Positions 39,096-49,225 of a DNA stretch of 64,000 nucleotides are shown piece after piece. How positions within the stretch are numbered: position 1 is the first letter of the stretch; each line of letters begins with the position of its first letter. The translations under genes and the position numbers were made by a program. Below the pieces are notes generated by a model, which did not search any database, had not been told where the DNA came from, and saw only the letters and a program-made list of their open reading frames with translations. The stretch lies in the NCBI GenBank assembly GCA_963794325.1, contig CAWCDG010000004.1, forward strand, positions 256,001-320,000, given 5' to 3'. The DNA is from an uncultured delta proteobacterium (GTDB lineage: Bacteria > Desulfobacterota > Binatia > Binatales > Binataceae).

Positions 39096-40517
39096 ATGTT
39101 GAGGTATAGGGGGGCGATCGCCTTGATGGCGCTGCTACTGCTTCCGTCGGTGGCGTGGAGCGCCAATAACAATCCACTCCTGGTCGGAGGCCCCAACGCA
39201 CTCCCGAGTCGGCCGGTCGGCCCGGTACCCGAATCGGCGGCCAGTGGCGCCCACCTAACCTATTATGGCGGCAGGGTCGTGTCCAACTTGCAGGTGGTGC
39301 AGGTGCTGTGGGGGACCGGCGGTATAGGCACTACCAACGGTCATTTCCTGGCCGGTGTCGTCAACACCTCCACGCCAAGTATGGCGACCTTCTACCAGCA
39401 GGTGTTGAACAGCGGCTACGTCGATTGGTTGATGGAATACAACACCGACATCACCGACTTCGGCGGCAACCCGGGGACGAACCAAACCATTGGCCGTGGG
39501 TCGTTCTCGGAGCAAGTCGCCATTACCCCCGTCAACACCTCCACCTCGCTCAGCGACAGCGACATCCAAACCGAGCTGGTGAATCAGATTAAAGCCGGCC
39601 ACATACCGCTTCCCACCCACGACGGGGCCGGCAACAACAACACTTATTACGCGATCTTTTTTCCGCACGGGATAAGCATCGACTCGGGCGGATCGCTTTC
39701 CTGCCAAGGGGGCGGATTCTGCGCCTATCACGGCACGATCGTCGCCAGCGCACCGGTCGGCGAAATCTACTACGGCGTGCATCCCGACTTTCAGGCCGGA
39801 TCGGGATGTGACAGCGGATGCGGCAACGGCGCCAGCACCTTCGATAACGTCACCTCTGTCGCCTCGCACGAGATGGTCGAGACAATCACGGACTGCGAAG
39901 TCTCCCTCGCACAGTTTCTGGCCCCACCGCTTGCCTGGTACGACAACAACAACGGCGAGATCGGCGATATCTGCAACGCCCAGCAGGGAAGCATCGTTGG
40001 CGCGGACGGTCATACGTACACCGTGCAGCGGGAGTTTTCGGACGATGCCGGCGCTTGCATCGTTGTGCCGTCGGGATCTCCGACCCCCACGAGGACAGCC
40101 ACGCCCACCGCTACTGCGACTGGCGGCGGCACTCCTACCGCGACGCCGACGCCCACCGCAACGCCGACGCCGGGCCCCGCGATGCTGATGATCTCTCCGC
40201 CGTCGGTGAATTTCGGCAGCGTGAAAGTGCGTAAGCTTAAAAAGCAAACGTTTATTCTCACCAATGGGGCCAGTAGTGGTGGATCGTCCATTCGCTTTGG
40301 TATTCCGCCGGCGACGGTGAGCAATTTTCCGATATTCTCGTTCCCCAAGAAGGGCGCTACGAACTGCCCTCAGCAACTTCCGCCGATGGGTCAGTGCAAC
40401 CTCATTCTGCAGTTCGTCCCGAAAACCCGGCGGAAACCGGTGGCCGGCACGGTCACAATCTTCGACGATGCGGGAAACGCGAACCAAACGATCCCGCTAA
40501 GCGGGACGGGGAAATAG
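39096..40517 (+). CDS. secreted protein: PHI-1/EXORDIUM-like domain, Pro/Thr linker, C-terminal Ig-like (ASH/choice-of-anchor D) domain
   Basis: LTYYGGRV, FCAYHG, ASHEMVETITD, GEIGDIC; (TP)n linker; VNFGSVKV..LSGTG. Confidence 0.7.
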   Translation: MLRYRGAIALMALLLLPSVAWSANNNPLLVGGPNALPSRPVGPVPESAASGAHLTYYGGRVVSNLQVVQVLWGTGGIGTTNGHFLAGVVNTSTPSMATFYQQVLNSGYVDWLMEYNTDITDFGGNPGTNQTIGRGSFSEQVAITPVNTSTSLSDSDIQTELVNQIKAGHIPLPTHDGAGNNNTYYAIFFPHGISIDSGGSLSCQGGGFCAYHGTIVASAPVGEIYYGVHPDFQAGSGCDSGCGNGASTFDNVTSVASHEMVETITDCEVSLAQFLAPPLAWYDNNNGEIGDICNAQQGSIVGADGHTYTVQREFSDDAGACIVVPSGSPTPTRTATPTATATGGGTPTATPTPTATPTPGPAMLMISPPSVNFGSVKVRKLKKQTFILTNGASSGGSSIRFGIPPATVSNFPIFSFPKKGATNCPQQLPPMGQCNLILQFVPKTRRKPVAGTVTIFDDAGNANQTIPLSGTGK

Positions 40518-40545
40518 AGCTACTCCGGTAGTCGCACGAATCGCG

Positions 40546-40588
40546 AAAATAAAGCGGCGGCCCGCTAAGGCCCGCCGCTTCTGTTTTG
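40546..40588. terminator. likely bidirectional terminator between convergent genes
   Basis: AAGCGGCGG..CCGCCGCTT stem with A-rich left and T-rich right flanks. Confidence 0.65.
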
Positions 40589-40608
40589 GTCGGCGCGCAG
40601 TGATGTGC

Positions 40609-42036
40609 TTACGCGTCGTAATAGAGCGCGAATTCGTACGGATGGGGCCGCAGCCGAATCGCGCTGACTTCGTTTGTCATCTTGTATTCAATCCACGTCT
40701 CGATCAGGTCCTCGGTGAACACGTCGCCCTTCAGCAGGAACTCGTGATCCTTCTTGAGATTGCCCAGTGACTCCTCGAGTGACGCGGGCATGCTCGGCAC
40801 CTCCGCCAGTTCGGCCGGCGTCAGCGCGTAGATGTCCTTGTCGAGCGGCTGGCCCGGATCGAGCCGCCGCTGAATCCCGTCGATTCCCGCCATCAACATC
40901 GCGGAGAACGCGAGATACGGATTGCAGGTTGGGTCGGGGAACCGCACTTCGATGCGCTTGGCCTTCGGCGACGGCGAATACATCGGGATACGCACCGACG
41001 CTGAGCGGTTGCGCGACGAGTACGCGAGGTTAATCGGCGCCTCGAAGCCCGGCACCAGCCGGCGATACGAGTTCGTCCCCGGATTAGTGAACGCCGCAAT
41101 CGTCGGCGCGTGATGCAGGATGCCCGCGATGTAATGCATCGCGGTCTCCGACATCCCGGCGTAGCCATTGCCCGCGAACAGCGGCGTGTCGCCCTTCCAG
41201 ATGCTCTGATGGGTATGCATGCCGGTGCCGTTGTCGCCGAAAATCGGCTTGGGCATGAAGGTCGCCGTCATCCCATGGCGCACCGCCACGTTCTTGACGA
41301 TGTATTTGAACCAGGTCAGCCAGTCGGCCATCTTGGTCAGCGTCTGGAAGCGCATGTCGATTTCAGCCTGACCCGCCGTCGCGACTTCGTGATGCTGTTT
41401 CTCGACGCGGATGCCGACCCGCTCCATCTCGAGCACCATCTCGGTACGGATGTCCTGCAGGGTGTCCACCGGCGGCACCGGGAAGTAACCGGCCTTGTTT
41501 TTGACCTTGAAGCCGAGGTTCGCGCCTTCCTTGACCGCGCCCTCGCGCCCGCTGTTCCAGTTACCTTCGTTCGAATCGATGTAGTAGTAGCTCGAATTCT
41601 GCGTGGTGTCGTAGCGCAGCGAGTCGAAGATGAAAAACTCCGGCTCGGGTCCGAAGTACGCCGAGTCGCCGATGCCGGTGGTCTTCAGGTACGCCTCGGC
41701 CTTGCGCGAGATGTTGCGCGGGTCGCGGGTGTAGTCGGCGCGCGTGATCGGATCGGAAATATTCGCGATGATGCTCAGCGTCGGATCCTTGGTGAAAGGA
41801 TCCATCACCGCAGTGTCGGGGTCGGGAATCACCAGCATGTCGCTGTTGTCGATCGCCTGCCACCCGCGAATCGACGAGCCATCGAAGCCCAACCCTTCAT
41901 CGAAGGGTGCTTCATCCTTGAACTCGGATATCGGGGCAGTGAAATGCTGCCACGTGCCGAGCAGATCGATGAATTTCACATCGACCATCACCACGCCCTT
42001 GTCCTTGATCATTTGGAGAACTTGTTTAGGCGTCAT
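40609..42036 (-). CDS. glnA: type I glutamine synthetase
   Basis: [49 protein letters not shown], adenylylation site KDIY. Confidence 0.97.
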   Translation of the reverse strand: MTPKQVLQMIKDKGVVMVDVKFIDLLGTWQHFTAPISEFKDEAPFDEGLGFDGSSIRGWQAIDNSDMLVIPDPDTAVMDPFTKDPTLSIIANISDPITRADYTRDPRNISRKAEAYLKTTGIGDSAYFGPEPEFFIFDSLRYDTTQNSSYYYIDSNEGNWNSGREGAVKEGANLGFKVKNKAGYFPVPPVDTLQDIRTEMVLEMERVGIRVEKQHHEVATAGQAEIDMRFQTLTKMADWLTWFKYIVKNVAVRHGMTATFMPKPIFGDNGTGMHTHQSIWKGDTPLFAGNGYAGMSETAMHYIAGILHHAPTIAAFTNPGTNSYRRLVPGFEAPINLAYSSRNRSASVRIPMYSPSPKAKRIEVRFPDPTCNPYLAFSAMLMAGIDGIQRRLDPGQPLDKDIYALTPAELAEVPSMPASLEESLGNLKKDHEFLLKGDVFTEDLIETWIEYKMTNEVSAIRLRPHPYEFALYYDA

Positions 42037-42266
42037 CGAACCCGTAACCCTCCTGGCCGCTTAACGGGGCGGCATATTTGTACTCGAAAATTGATCGATC
42101 TCTGAATCTCGTTTTCTGTCACGAAAGCTCCCCGAACGCAACGCTCATACAATGGGCACCTGACGCATGTTCGAGCAGCGTTGCACAGCGCAACCCTTCG
42201 CGCGGACATCACAGAACCGCGCCAGCGGGGCTTTTTTTCCCCAAATCATTCGGCGAATTTCATTAC

Positions 42267-42282
42267 AGCAAAACAAGTGCCG
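42267..42282 (-). promoter_or_regulatory. sigma54 -24/-12 promoter of glnA
   Basis: Minus strand CGGCACTTGTTTTGCT (GG-N10-GC). Confidence 0.75.
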
Positions 42283-42366
42283 AGCATCACCAGCTCCACC
42301 GGCACCCGCAAGGTCTCAAACGTGCGGCGGAAAACAGAAACATTGGCATCGAGAAAGGCTCGAGGA

Positions 42367-42396
42367 TGTCGGAATAGCCGACACTCTGAATGTCGG
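42367..42396. promoter_or_regulatory. candidate enhancer (bEBP-binding) sites for the glnA promoter
   Basis: TGTCGG-N5-CCGACA-N7-TGTCGG, about 85-115 bp upstream of the -24 element. Confidence 0.45.
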
Positions 42397-42431
42397 GCAA
42401 ACGATCTAAGCCACGGCGCCTCATGCTCCTC

Positions 42432-42473
42432 AAAAAGAGAAGCGGCGGGTCCGCTTCTTCGGACCCGCCGCTT
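42432..42473 (-). terminator. intrinsic terminator of the porin gene
   Basis: Perfect 14-bp stem AAGCGGCGGGTCCG/CGGACCCGCCGCTT followed by CTCTTTTT on the minus strand. Confidence 0.85.
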
Positions 42474-42514
42474 GGGCCGCATCACTGCGACCGATGCTCT
42501 AGCTCCTCCCCGAG

Positions 42515-43987
42515 TTAGAAGGCGTAAATGAAATTGGCCGCCAACGTATCCTGTCCGTGCCACAGATGCTGGCCGGTGAACACGCCATTGGTGAACACGC
42601 TGTTGTTGTTGGTGAACGAGTTCTGGCTCGAATTGTCGTGCCGGTATTCCAGCCGCGCGATCAGGCCCGTCACCTCAGGCACCTTGTAGCTGATGGTCTG
42701 GGTTATTTCCCACAACGTCTGCGCCTCGCCATTGGTGCGGTACCCGTCCATATCGTCGAAGAATTCGGCACGGGTCGCCGACTCGATCGCAGGGGTGAAA
42801 TCGTACACCACGTACCCTGCCGCGCCCTGCCACGAAGCACTGTGACCGTTGATCACAGGACCGTCCTGCGACGCGTAGAGGTATTCAGCCTGCAAGGTCA
42901 GGTTGGGTACGAACGAAGGTTTCCAGGTCGCGATCGGATCGATCGCACCAAGGTTGGAATTCGATGCCTGCTTGCCGTTAGCCCCGCCGATTGCATTCGG
43001 CCCTACGATGCCGTTGACGACCAGGCTCACCGACTTGTCCTTGTTGTTGAGCGTCAGCTCACCCTCGAAGTTCGGGCCGCCGTTGCTATTAGCCGCCGGA
43101 TCGTCCCATCCGTTGTTCAGACCCGCGGTAGCAGACACGTAGTCGTTGAACGTATAGCTGGCGCGGACGCCGGTATGAGTCAGCGGTTCGCCCAGGTTGA
43201 ACACCAGGCCGCGGCTCTCGTTGAAGTTCTGGTTATTGTAAACCGGGATGATCTCGGCGCCCAGTAGCGTTACGAAACGTCCCGCTTCGAAACTTACCCC
43301 GGAACCGAATGGCGCGGTGTAAGTCAGGTAGTACTGGGTTGCGTCGATCCACTGGCCGCCCACAAATGCCTGGTTCGAATAGTGCGTCACACTGGAAATG
43401 GAGTTCGCGACCTGACCGACGTTAATGTCGGTGACGAATCCAACCGTCCCATCGCGCTCGATGTGCAGGTTGCCCTGAGTGAGCTGAAACCCATCCTGGT
43501 CCCACGCCCGGAACACGTTGGTGTTGAAGTTCGGCTGATTGAAGTTATGCTCGTAGCCCGCATCGACCAGCGCATGCACGCTGATACCGAGGTTGTCAGA
43601 GAGATTCTTCTGGATGGACGTTATATTCGTCTCAGCCAGGCCAACGTGCTGGCCAATGGTGGCCGGTGACGCGTTAGCCGCCGGCTGTGCGACCACCATC
43701 TCCGACTCAATCTTTTTCACCTCGCTGGTGGTGTCGTCGCTCTGCTTCTGCAGATTGCTCACTTCCCCCGACAGTGCGTTAAGACGCTGCTCCTCGCCGG
43801 GGTTCGAGGCGACAGTGGTTGTGGTCGTGCTGACCACGTGATGATGATGTCTGTGAGTCGTCGTTTTAGTCGTCGTCGTGGCTGGATCTTCCGCCCACGC
43901 ATTCGCGTTGCACACCAATCCAATCAGTGCGACGCCAGCAATGAGGCGAAGCCACACAACGCCCCGGGTCGTTTTCATTCTGTTCAC
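42515..43987 (-). CDS. outer-membrane beta-barrel porin (BBP2/DUF1597-like)
   Basis: Signal peptide, GRFVTLLGAEII, PLTHTGVRASY, NGWD, RLEYRHD, C-terminal Phe (FIYAF); GGAGG RBS. Confidence 0.8.
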   Translation of the reverse strand: MNRMKTTRGVVWLRLIAGVALIGLVCNANAWAEDPATTTTKTTTHRHHHHVVSTTTTTVASNPGEEQRLNALSGEVSNLQKQSDDTTSEVKKIESEMVVAQPAANASPATIGQHVGLAETNITSIQKNLSDNLGISVHALVDAGYEHNFNQPNFNTNVFRAWDQDGFQLTQGNLHIERDGTVGFVTDINVGQVANSISSVTHYSNQAFVGGQWIDATQYYLTYTAPFGSGVSFEAGRFVTLLGAEIIPVYNNQNFNESRGLVFNLGEPLTHTGVRASYTFNDYVSATAGLNNGWDDPAANSNGGPNFEGELTLNNKDKSVSLVVNGIVGPNAIGGANGKQASNSNLGAIDPIATWKPSFVPNLTLQAEYLYASQDGPVINGHSASWQGAAGYVVYDFTPAIESATRAEFFDDMDGYRTNGEAQTLWEITQTISYKVPEVTGLIARLEYRHDNSSQNSFTNNNSVFTNGVFTGQHLWHGQDTLAANFIYAF

Positions 43988-44290
43988 TAGCTCCTCCCTC
44001 CGAGATGCGCGGCCCCTCGCCGCGGCTTCCTGCGCCCACACACGTACTGGGCTACGGTGATTAAACCGGCTGCTTTGTTACAAGATTCATACCGGTGTAA
44101 AAATTGAACGATGGCTAGAATCCCCTGTATTCATAAGGATTTCTGCCATCGGTCAGCCATTAGTGATGCCCGTATGGAATGCATCTGCCGCGTCATTAAT
44201 CAGATTCAACGAGGCATAGTCAATACATCACGATTGTCAGAACCTCGCGAAAGGAGCACGAATACTTCATTGTGAGATTGGTCAAAACAA

Positions 44291-45457
44291 ATGAATTTTG
44301 AGTTAACAGAGGCCCAGGAAGAGATCGTCAGGCAGGTGCGCACCCTGTGCACAAACTATCCGGACGAATACTGGCGCGAGCATGATCGCCGCGCTGAATT
44401 TCCGCATGATTTCTTCGCCGCAGTCGCCGCCGCCGGCTATCTCGGCGTCGCGATTCCCGAACGCTACGGCGGCAGCGGCCTTGGCATCACCGAGGCTGCC
44501 CTCGTGATGCGCGAAGTTGCCGCCTCGGGCGGCGCAATGGCGGCGGCCAGCGCGATTCATCTCTCGATCTTCGGCGTCAGCCCGCTCGTCTTCCACGGCA
44601 GCGAGGAGCAGAAGCTCCGCTACCTGCCCAAGGTAGTCAGCGGCGAGATGCATGTTGCGTTCGCCGTCACTGAGCCCGACGCCGGCAACGACATCACGCA
44701 CATCAAGACCGCCGCCCGCCGCGACGGCGACAATTACCTCATCAACGGCCGCAAAGTCTTCACCACCAAGGCGCGCGAAGCCCAACGGATGCTCCTGCTC
44801 ACGCGAACCACACCGTTCGAGCAGGTGACTAAAAAGACCGACGGCATGAGCCTGTTCTTCGCCGAGCTCGAGCCCTCATCGGTCGAAATTCGCGAGCTCG
44901 AAAAACTCGGCCGGGCCGCCGTCGATACCAACCTGCTCTTTATCGACAACCTGAAAGTGTCGGCGTCGGATCTGATCGGCGGAGAGGGCCGTGGCTTTCA
45001 TTGCCTGCTCGACGGTTTGAATCCCGAACGCATCCTGGTTGCCGCTGAAGCGATCGGAATCGGCCGTGCCGCGATCGCAAAAGCCGTCAGGTATGCGAAA
45101 GAACGCATCGTCTTCGGCCGTCCGATCGGACAAAACCAGGCAATCGCGCACCCACTCGCCGATTCGTACTCGAAGCTCGAAGCGGCGGAACTCATGATGT
45201 TCAAAGCGGCGTGGCTGTTCGACAATCGCAAGCCTTGCGGACCCGAAGCCAACACCGCCAAGCTGCGCGCCGCCGACGCCGCGTTCGAGGCCTGCGATCG
45301 CGCGGTGCAGACTCTCGGCGGCTACGGTTACGTTCGCGAGTACGACGTCGAGCGCTACTTCCGCGAATGCCGTCTGCTGAAGATCGCGCCGGTGTCCCAG
45401 GAAATGGTGTTGAATTCGATCGCCGAGCACGTGCTCGGCCTGCCGCGGTCGTACTAG
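44291..45457 (+). CDS. acyl-CoA dehydrogenase
   Basis: AFAVTEPDAGND, INGRKVF, LNPERI, FGRPIGQNQ, QTLGGYGY. Confidence 0.95.
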   Translation: MNFELTEAQEEIVRQVRTLCTNYPDEYWREHDRRAEFPHDFFAAVAAAGYLGVAIPERYGGSGLGITEAALVMREVAASGGAMAAASAIHLSIFGVSPLVFHGSEEQKLRYLPKVVSGEMHVAFAVTEPDAGNDITHIKTAARRDGDNYLINGRKVFTTKAREAQRMLLLTRTTPFEQVTKKTDGMSLFFAELEPSSVEIRELEKLGRAAVDTNLLFIDNLKVSASDLIGGEGRGFHCLLDGLNPERILVAAEAIGIGRAAIAKAVRYAKERIVFGRPIGQNQAIAHPLADSYSKLEAAELMMFKAAWLFDNRKPCGPEANTAKLRAADAAFEACDRAVQTLGGYGYVREYDVERYFRECRLLKIAPVSQEMVLNSIAEHVLGLPRSY

Positions 45458-45466
45458 ACGACGCCG

Positions 45467-45820
45467 ATGCGTAAGGGCGCGTTCATCATTCTGCTCGCCG
45501 CGCTATGCTTCGCGGCCTACGTGCTCTATTCATTGACCGGCGTGGAACCGGTCAAGGTCGCCGACACTCGCCTCATTCGAAGTGGCGACCAGGTGTCAGT
45601 CGAGGGCGAAGTCCGCAACACCGGGGACGACACCGGCCCGCTCCAGCTCGAAGTCCGCTATTTCGACCGCGACGGCCATTCGATCGGCAAGGATGTGGTC
45701 TCGATGGACGGGCTGCGGCATGGCGCCGCCACCCATTTCAAAAGTTCGCCGCGCCGCGAGGATGGGGTCGCGGATTTCTCCATCTATTTGAATCACGGGC
45801 GAAATCCATACGGGAACTGA
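45467..45820 (+). CDS. FxLYD-domain-like exported protein
   Basis: N-terminal TM; VEGEVRNTG..LEVRYFDRDG. Confidence 0.65.
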   Translation: MRKGAFIILLAALCFAAYVLYSLTGVEPVKVADTRLIRSGDQVSVEGEVRNTGDDTGPLQLEVRYFDRDGHSIGKDVVSMDGLRHGAATHFKSSPRREDGVADFSIYLNHGRNPYGN

Positions 45821-46055
45821 GACGCCAATTGAATACTTTGCACAGCCCGGCGTCTAAACAGTTTGTAGGGTTAAGCGACCGAGTGTGCGGCGCGGTTCAG
45901 TCAGTTCCGGCCGGAACACCAATTAATCGCTTGCCTCTAAGTCGTCTTGGTGGTACTAACTGTAAGTGTCGAATAACACCATTTTGGTGGAAGTGTGATC
46001 GATCGATCGCACCTGAGTCGGCACACATCGCAAAAAAGGGGAAGAGGTTTCTATC

Positions 46056-46484
46056 ATGGCACGCAACAAGGAACGTACTTTCGGACAGGTCATTCGTGAG
46101 CGCAGGCGGCAACTCGACCTCACTCAGGAGGAAGTTGCTCATCGCATCAAGACCTCGACGCCGTATGTCGGACATCTCGAGTCCGGCAAACGCCATCCTT
46201 CTGACAAGATTTTGACCCGTCTGGCGGAAGTGCTCGGACTCGATCGGCGCGAATTGTTTTTCCTCGCCAATCCTCGAGCGCAAGCACTGCTGAGCCCCGA
46301 GGTCGAGAATCCGGCCGAGTCCGCCTGGGAAGATTTCCGCAAGAACGAGCAGCTGCGGCGCGTTCACAACGTCACCGCCAGCGAGATGGAGATGCTCTCG
46401 CGAGTGGCGTTGCTCGGTGACGTGCGTTCGCCGCGCGATTTCATCTACATTCTGAATACCGTGCGCCACGCTGTCGGGAGATAG
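46056..46484 (+). CDS. XRE-family HTH regulator with extra C-terminal domain
   Basis: IRERRRQLDLTQEEVA..YVGHLESGKRHPS..RLAEVLG. Confidence 0.88.
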   Translation: MARNKERTFGQVIRERRRQLDLTQEEVAHRIKTSTPYVGHLESGKRHPSDKILTRLAEVLGLDRRELFFLANPRAQALLSPEVENPAESAWEDFRKNEQLRRVHNVTASEMEMLSRVALLGDVRSPRDFIYILNTVRHAVGR

Positions 46485-46518
46485 CCGCCGGCCAGGTCGC
46501 ACGCCAACAGATTCGTTG

Positions 46519-46553
46519 AAGACGCGAGAGCATTGCTCTCGCGTCTTTTTTTT
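46519..46553 (+). terminator. intrinsic terminator
   Basis: Stem AAGACGCGAGAGC/GCTCTCGCGTCTT followed by a T-run. Confidence 0.88.
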
Positions 46554-46585
46554 GGTGCATCGCGCTGCCTAAGCTCGACTCCATC

Positions 46586-47878
46586 ATGGGTGAGCCTGCA
46601 CCAACGCGCATTTTCGCGTCCGGACTACCGCGATGGCCCCAACGCTACACCGTCGTTGCGTTGTTCTTCCTCGGCACCGCGCTTTGCTACATCGATCGGA
46701 TCAGCATCTCGGTCGCGATAATCCCGCTCGCCCGCCAGTTCGGTTACGACTCCGCCGCGCAAGGGCTCGTGCTGTCGGCGGTGTTCTGGGGATATCTGTG
46801 GACCCAGCTGGTCGGCGGATGGATGGCCGATCGATTCGGCGGCCATCGCGTGCTGGCGGGCGGCGTCGCTATCTGGTCGCTCGCAACCTTCGTCACACCT
46901 ATCGCGGCCGCCGCATCATTCGCCAGTTTGCTCGCGGCGCGCGTGCTGCTCGGCCTGGGCGAGGGCGTGAACTTCCCGTCGATTCACAGCCTCACCTCGC
47001 GCTGGACGCTGCCCTCCGAACGCGCGCGCGTATTGTCCGTGAACTACAGCGGCATGTACGTGGGAACAGTACTGGCGTTGAGCGCGAGTCCGCTGATCAT
47101 CAAGGCGTTCGGATGGCCCGCGCTGTTCTACATTTCCGGCGCACTCGGCCTGGTGTGGGTCGCCGCCTGGATGTATCTCGCCGCCGACCGCCCCGAGACT
47201 TCGTCGCGCGTCACGATGCCCGAGCTCGAATTGATCACCTCGATGCGCACCGCCGAGGCGCGCGCGACCCGCGTACCGTGGGCCGCAATCGCGCGAGAGC
47301 CGGCCGTCTGGGCAATCGTCGTCGCGCATTTCTGCAGCAACTTCGGATTCAACATCCTGCTGCTCTGGATGCCGACCTATCTGCATCACACCTTCGGCGT
47401 GCCGCTCGAGCGCGTCGGCCTTTATTCGATAATTCCGTGGATCACGACGTTCTTTGCGATCAGCATCTCGGGCTGGCTCGCTGATCTTTTGATCCTGCGC
47501 GGCCTCGCCGTGGGCACCGTGCGCAAGTCGATGCAGACAGCGGCGTTCACGCTCGGCGCAATATCGCTGATGATTGTGCCCGCAGTTCATTCACCGTTGA
47601 TGGCGGTCGCGCTGCTCACGCTGGCGGCCTCGTCCAACGGCATCGGCTCCGCTGCCTTCGGCGTGAATCACCTCGATGTCGCGCCGACCTACGCGGGAAT
47701 CCTGATGGGAATATCGAACACCTTCGCCACCATCCCGGGCATCATCGGCGTCGCCGCGACCGGGATGATCGTGCAGGCGACCAAATCGTTCAGCGCGGTT
47801 TTCTATCTGATCGCGGCAGTCTACGGCCTCGGGATGTTTTTCTACCTCCGATGGGCGAGCGGCGATCAGAGAATCTGA
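46586..47878 (+). CDS. MFS transporter, anion:cation symporter (ACS) family
   Basis: YIDRISISVAI, GGWMADRFG, GLGEGVNFP, NHLDVAPTYAG. Confidence 0.9.
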   Translation: MGEPAPTRIFASGLPRWPQRYTVVALFFLGTALCYIDRISISVAIIPLARQFGYDSAAQGLVLSAVFWGYLWTQLVGGWMADRFGGHRVLAGGVAIWSLATFVTPIAAAASFASLLAARVLLGLGEGVNFPSIHSLTSRWTLPSERARVLSVNYSGMYVGTVLALSASPLIIKAFGWPALFYISGALGLVWVAAWMYLAADRPETSSRVTMPELELITSMRTAEARATRVPWAAIAREPAVWAIVVAHFCSNFGFNILLLWMPTYLHHTFGVPLERVGLYSIIPWITTFFAISISGWLADLLILRGLAVGTVRKSMQTAAFTLGAISLMIVPAVHSPLMAVALLTLAASSNGIGSAAFGVNHLDVAPTYAGILMGISNTFATIPGIIGVAATGMIVQATKSFSAVFYLIAAVYGLGMFFYLRWASGDQRI

Positions 47879-47946
47879 ATTTTTGCAGTGGCGGATTGGC
47901 CGCCAGTCGCGATATACGGTGATGGGAAGGGGAGCGCGGTCAATCG

Positions 47947-49203
47947 ATGAGCCAGCCGAACAAACTTTCGCCCTACCGGTGGGTTATCGAAACCCTGCTG
48001 CTGCTCCTGCTAACCGCGCAGTCGTTCGCGTGGCTTGCGCCCGCCCCGATACTTCAGGAAATCAAGAGCGGACTCGGAATCTCGCTCAGCAGCGCGGGCC
48101 TGATCATCTCGATCATCGCGCTATGCATCGGCGTCTTCTCTCTCCTCGGCGCCGTCGTCGCCGAGCGGATTGGCCCGTTGCGCGCGCTCGTTATCGGAAT
48201 CTGGCTGATGGCGATCGGACAGGTCGCGAGCGGCTACGCCCCTGATTTCGCGGCCCTACTGGCATGCCGCGTGCTCGAGGGCGTCGGCTACGGCCTCGTC
48301 ATCGCGCCTCCCGGCACGCTCACGATGCAATGGTTCGGCGAAGGCGAATGGCCCTACATCAACATGGTCAACTTCTCCTTCGGCTACGTCGGACTCACCG
48401 CGGTATTCCGTTTGACACCGGCCCTGTTCGCGGCCGTCGGTTCTTCGTGGCGGATGACGCTGCTGTGGTACGGCGTCGGCTCGGCAGGCGTCGCGCTGCT
48501 GTGGACAATCTTCGGCCGCGAGCATCGAGGCGAAATCATCGCGCCCGCATCCGACGCGATCGAAGATGCCGCCGAACGCGGCTCGGCGCTGATGGAAGTC
48601 GCGAAGATGCGCAACGTGCTGCTGATCGCGGCCGGTCTCTTCGGCGGAATGTGGGTGTTCCAGATCTACACGGCGTTCCTGCCCGAGTTCTTCCGCAGCT
48701 ACCGCGGCATGTCGATGGCGGAAGCCTCGATGATGACGCAAGTCCTGCCGTTCACTGGACTGTTCGCAGCGTTGGGCGGCGGCATCGGCACCGGGATGTC
48801 CGGACTGCGCAAGCCGTTCACATGGCCAATCGCATTCGCAACTCTCATCGGATGCGCCGGCGCTCTGATGCTTCCCGACCCAATGTGGATCCGTCTGTCG
48901 CTGGTGCTGGTCGGAATCGGCTCGGCCGGATCGCTCGCCGCAATCACGACGCTGCTGATGGAACTCCCCGGCATGAACCCGACGCGTGTCGGCGCAGCTC
49001 TGGGCTTCGTATGGGCAATCGGCTACTTCGGTGCGTTCATCTCGCCGTTCCTGGGCGGCGCACTCGCGGCACACATAGGACTGCGCACCGTGATGCTCGG
49101 TTTCCTGGCCTTCCAATTCCTGCCGATCACGACGATGTACTTCCTCCCCGAAACCGGCCCCGGCCGCAGCCGCTACGAAATCGCCCCCGCCTCCGCCTCG
49201 TAA
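47947..49203 (+). CDS. MFS transporter
   Basis: About 12 TMs; GAVVAERIGPLR, CRVLEGVG, QWFGEGE. Confidence 0.88.
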   Translation: MSQPNKLSPYRWVIETLLLLLLTAQSFAWLAPAPILQEIKSGLGISLSSAGLIISIIALCIGVFSLLGAVVAERIGPLRALVIGIWLMAIGQVASGYAPDFAALLACRVLEGVGYGLVIAPPGTLTMQWFGEGEWPYINMVNFSFGYVGLTAVFRLTPALFAAVGSSWRMTLLWYGVGSAGVALLWTIFGREHRGEIIAPASDAIEDAAERGSALMEVAKMRNVLLIAAGLFGGMWVFQIYTAFLPEFFRSYRGMSMAEASMMTQVLPFTGLFAALGGGIGTGMSGLRKPFTWPIAFATLIGCAGALMLPDPMWIRLSLVLVGIGSAGSLAAITTLLMELPGMNPTRVGAALGFVWAIGYFGAFISPFLGGALAAHIGLRTVMLGFLAFQFLPITTMYFLPETGPGRSRYEIAPASAS

Positions 49204-49225
49204 GTTCCTGTCTTTTGTTCTTGTT

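Noticed and set aside
40080-40178. Tandem ACGCCG-like repeats
   Set aside because: They encode the Pro/Thr linker of the secreted protein and are not an independent element.
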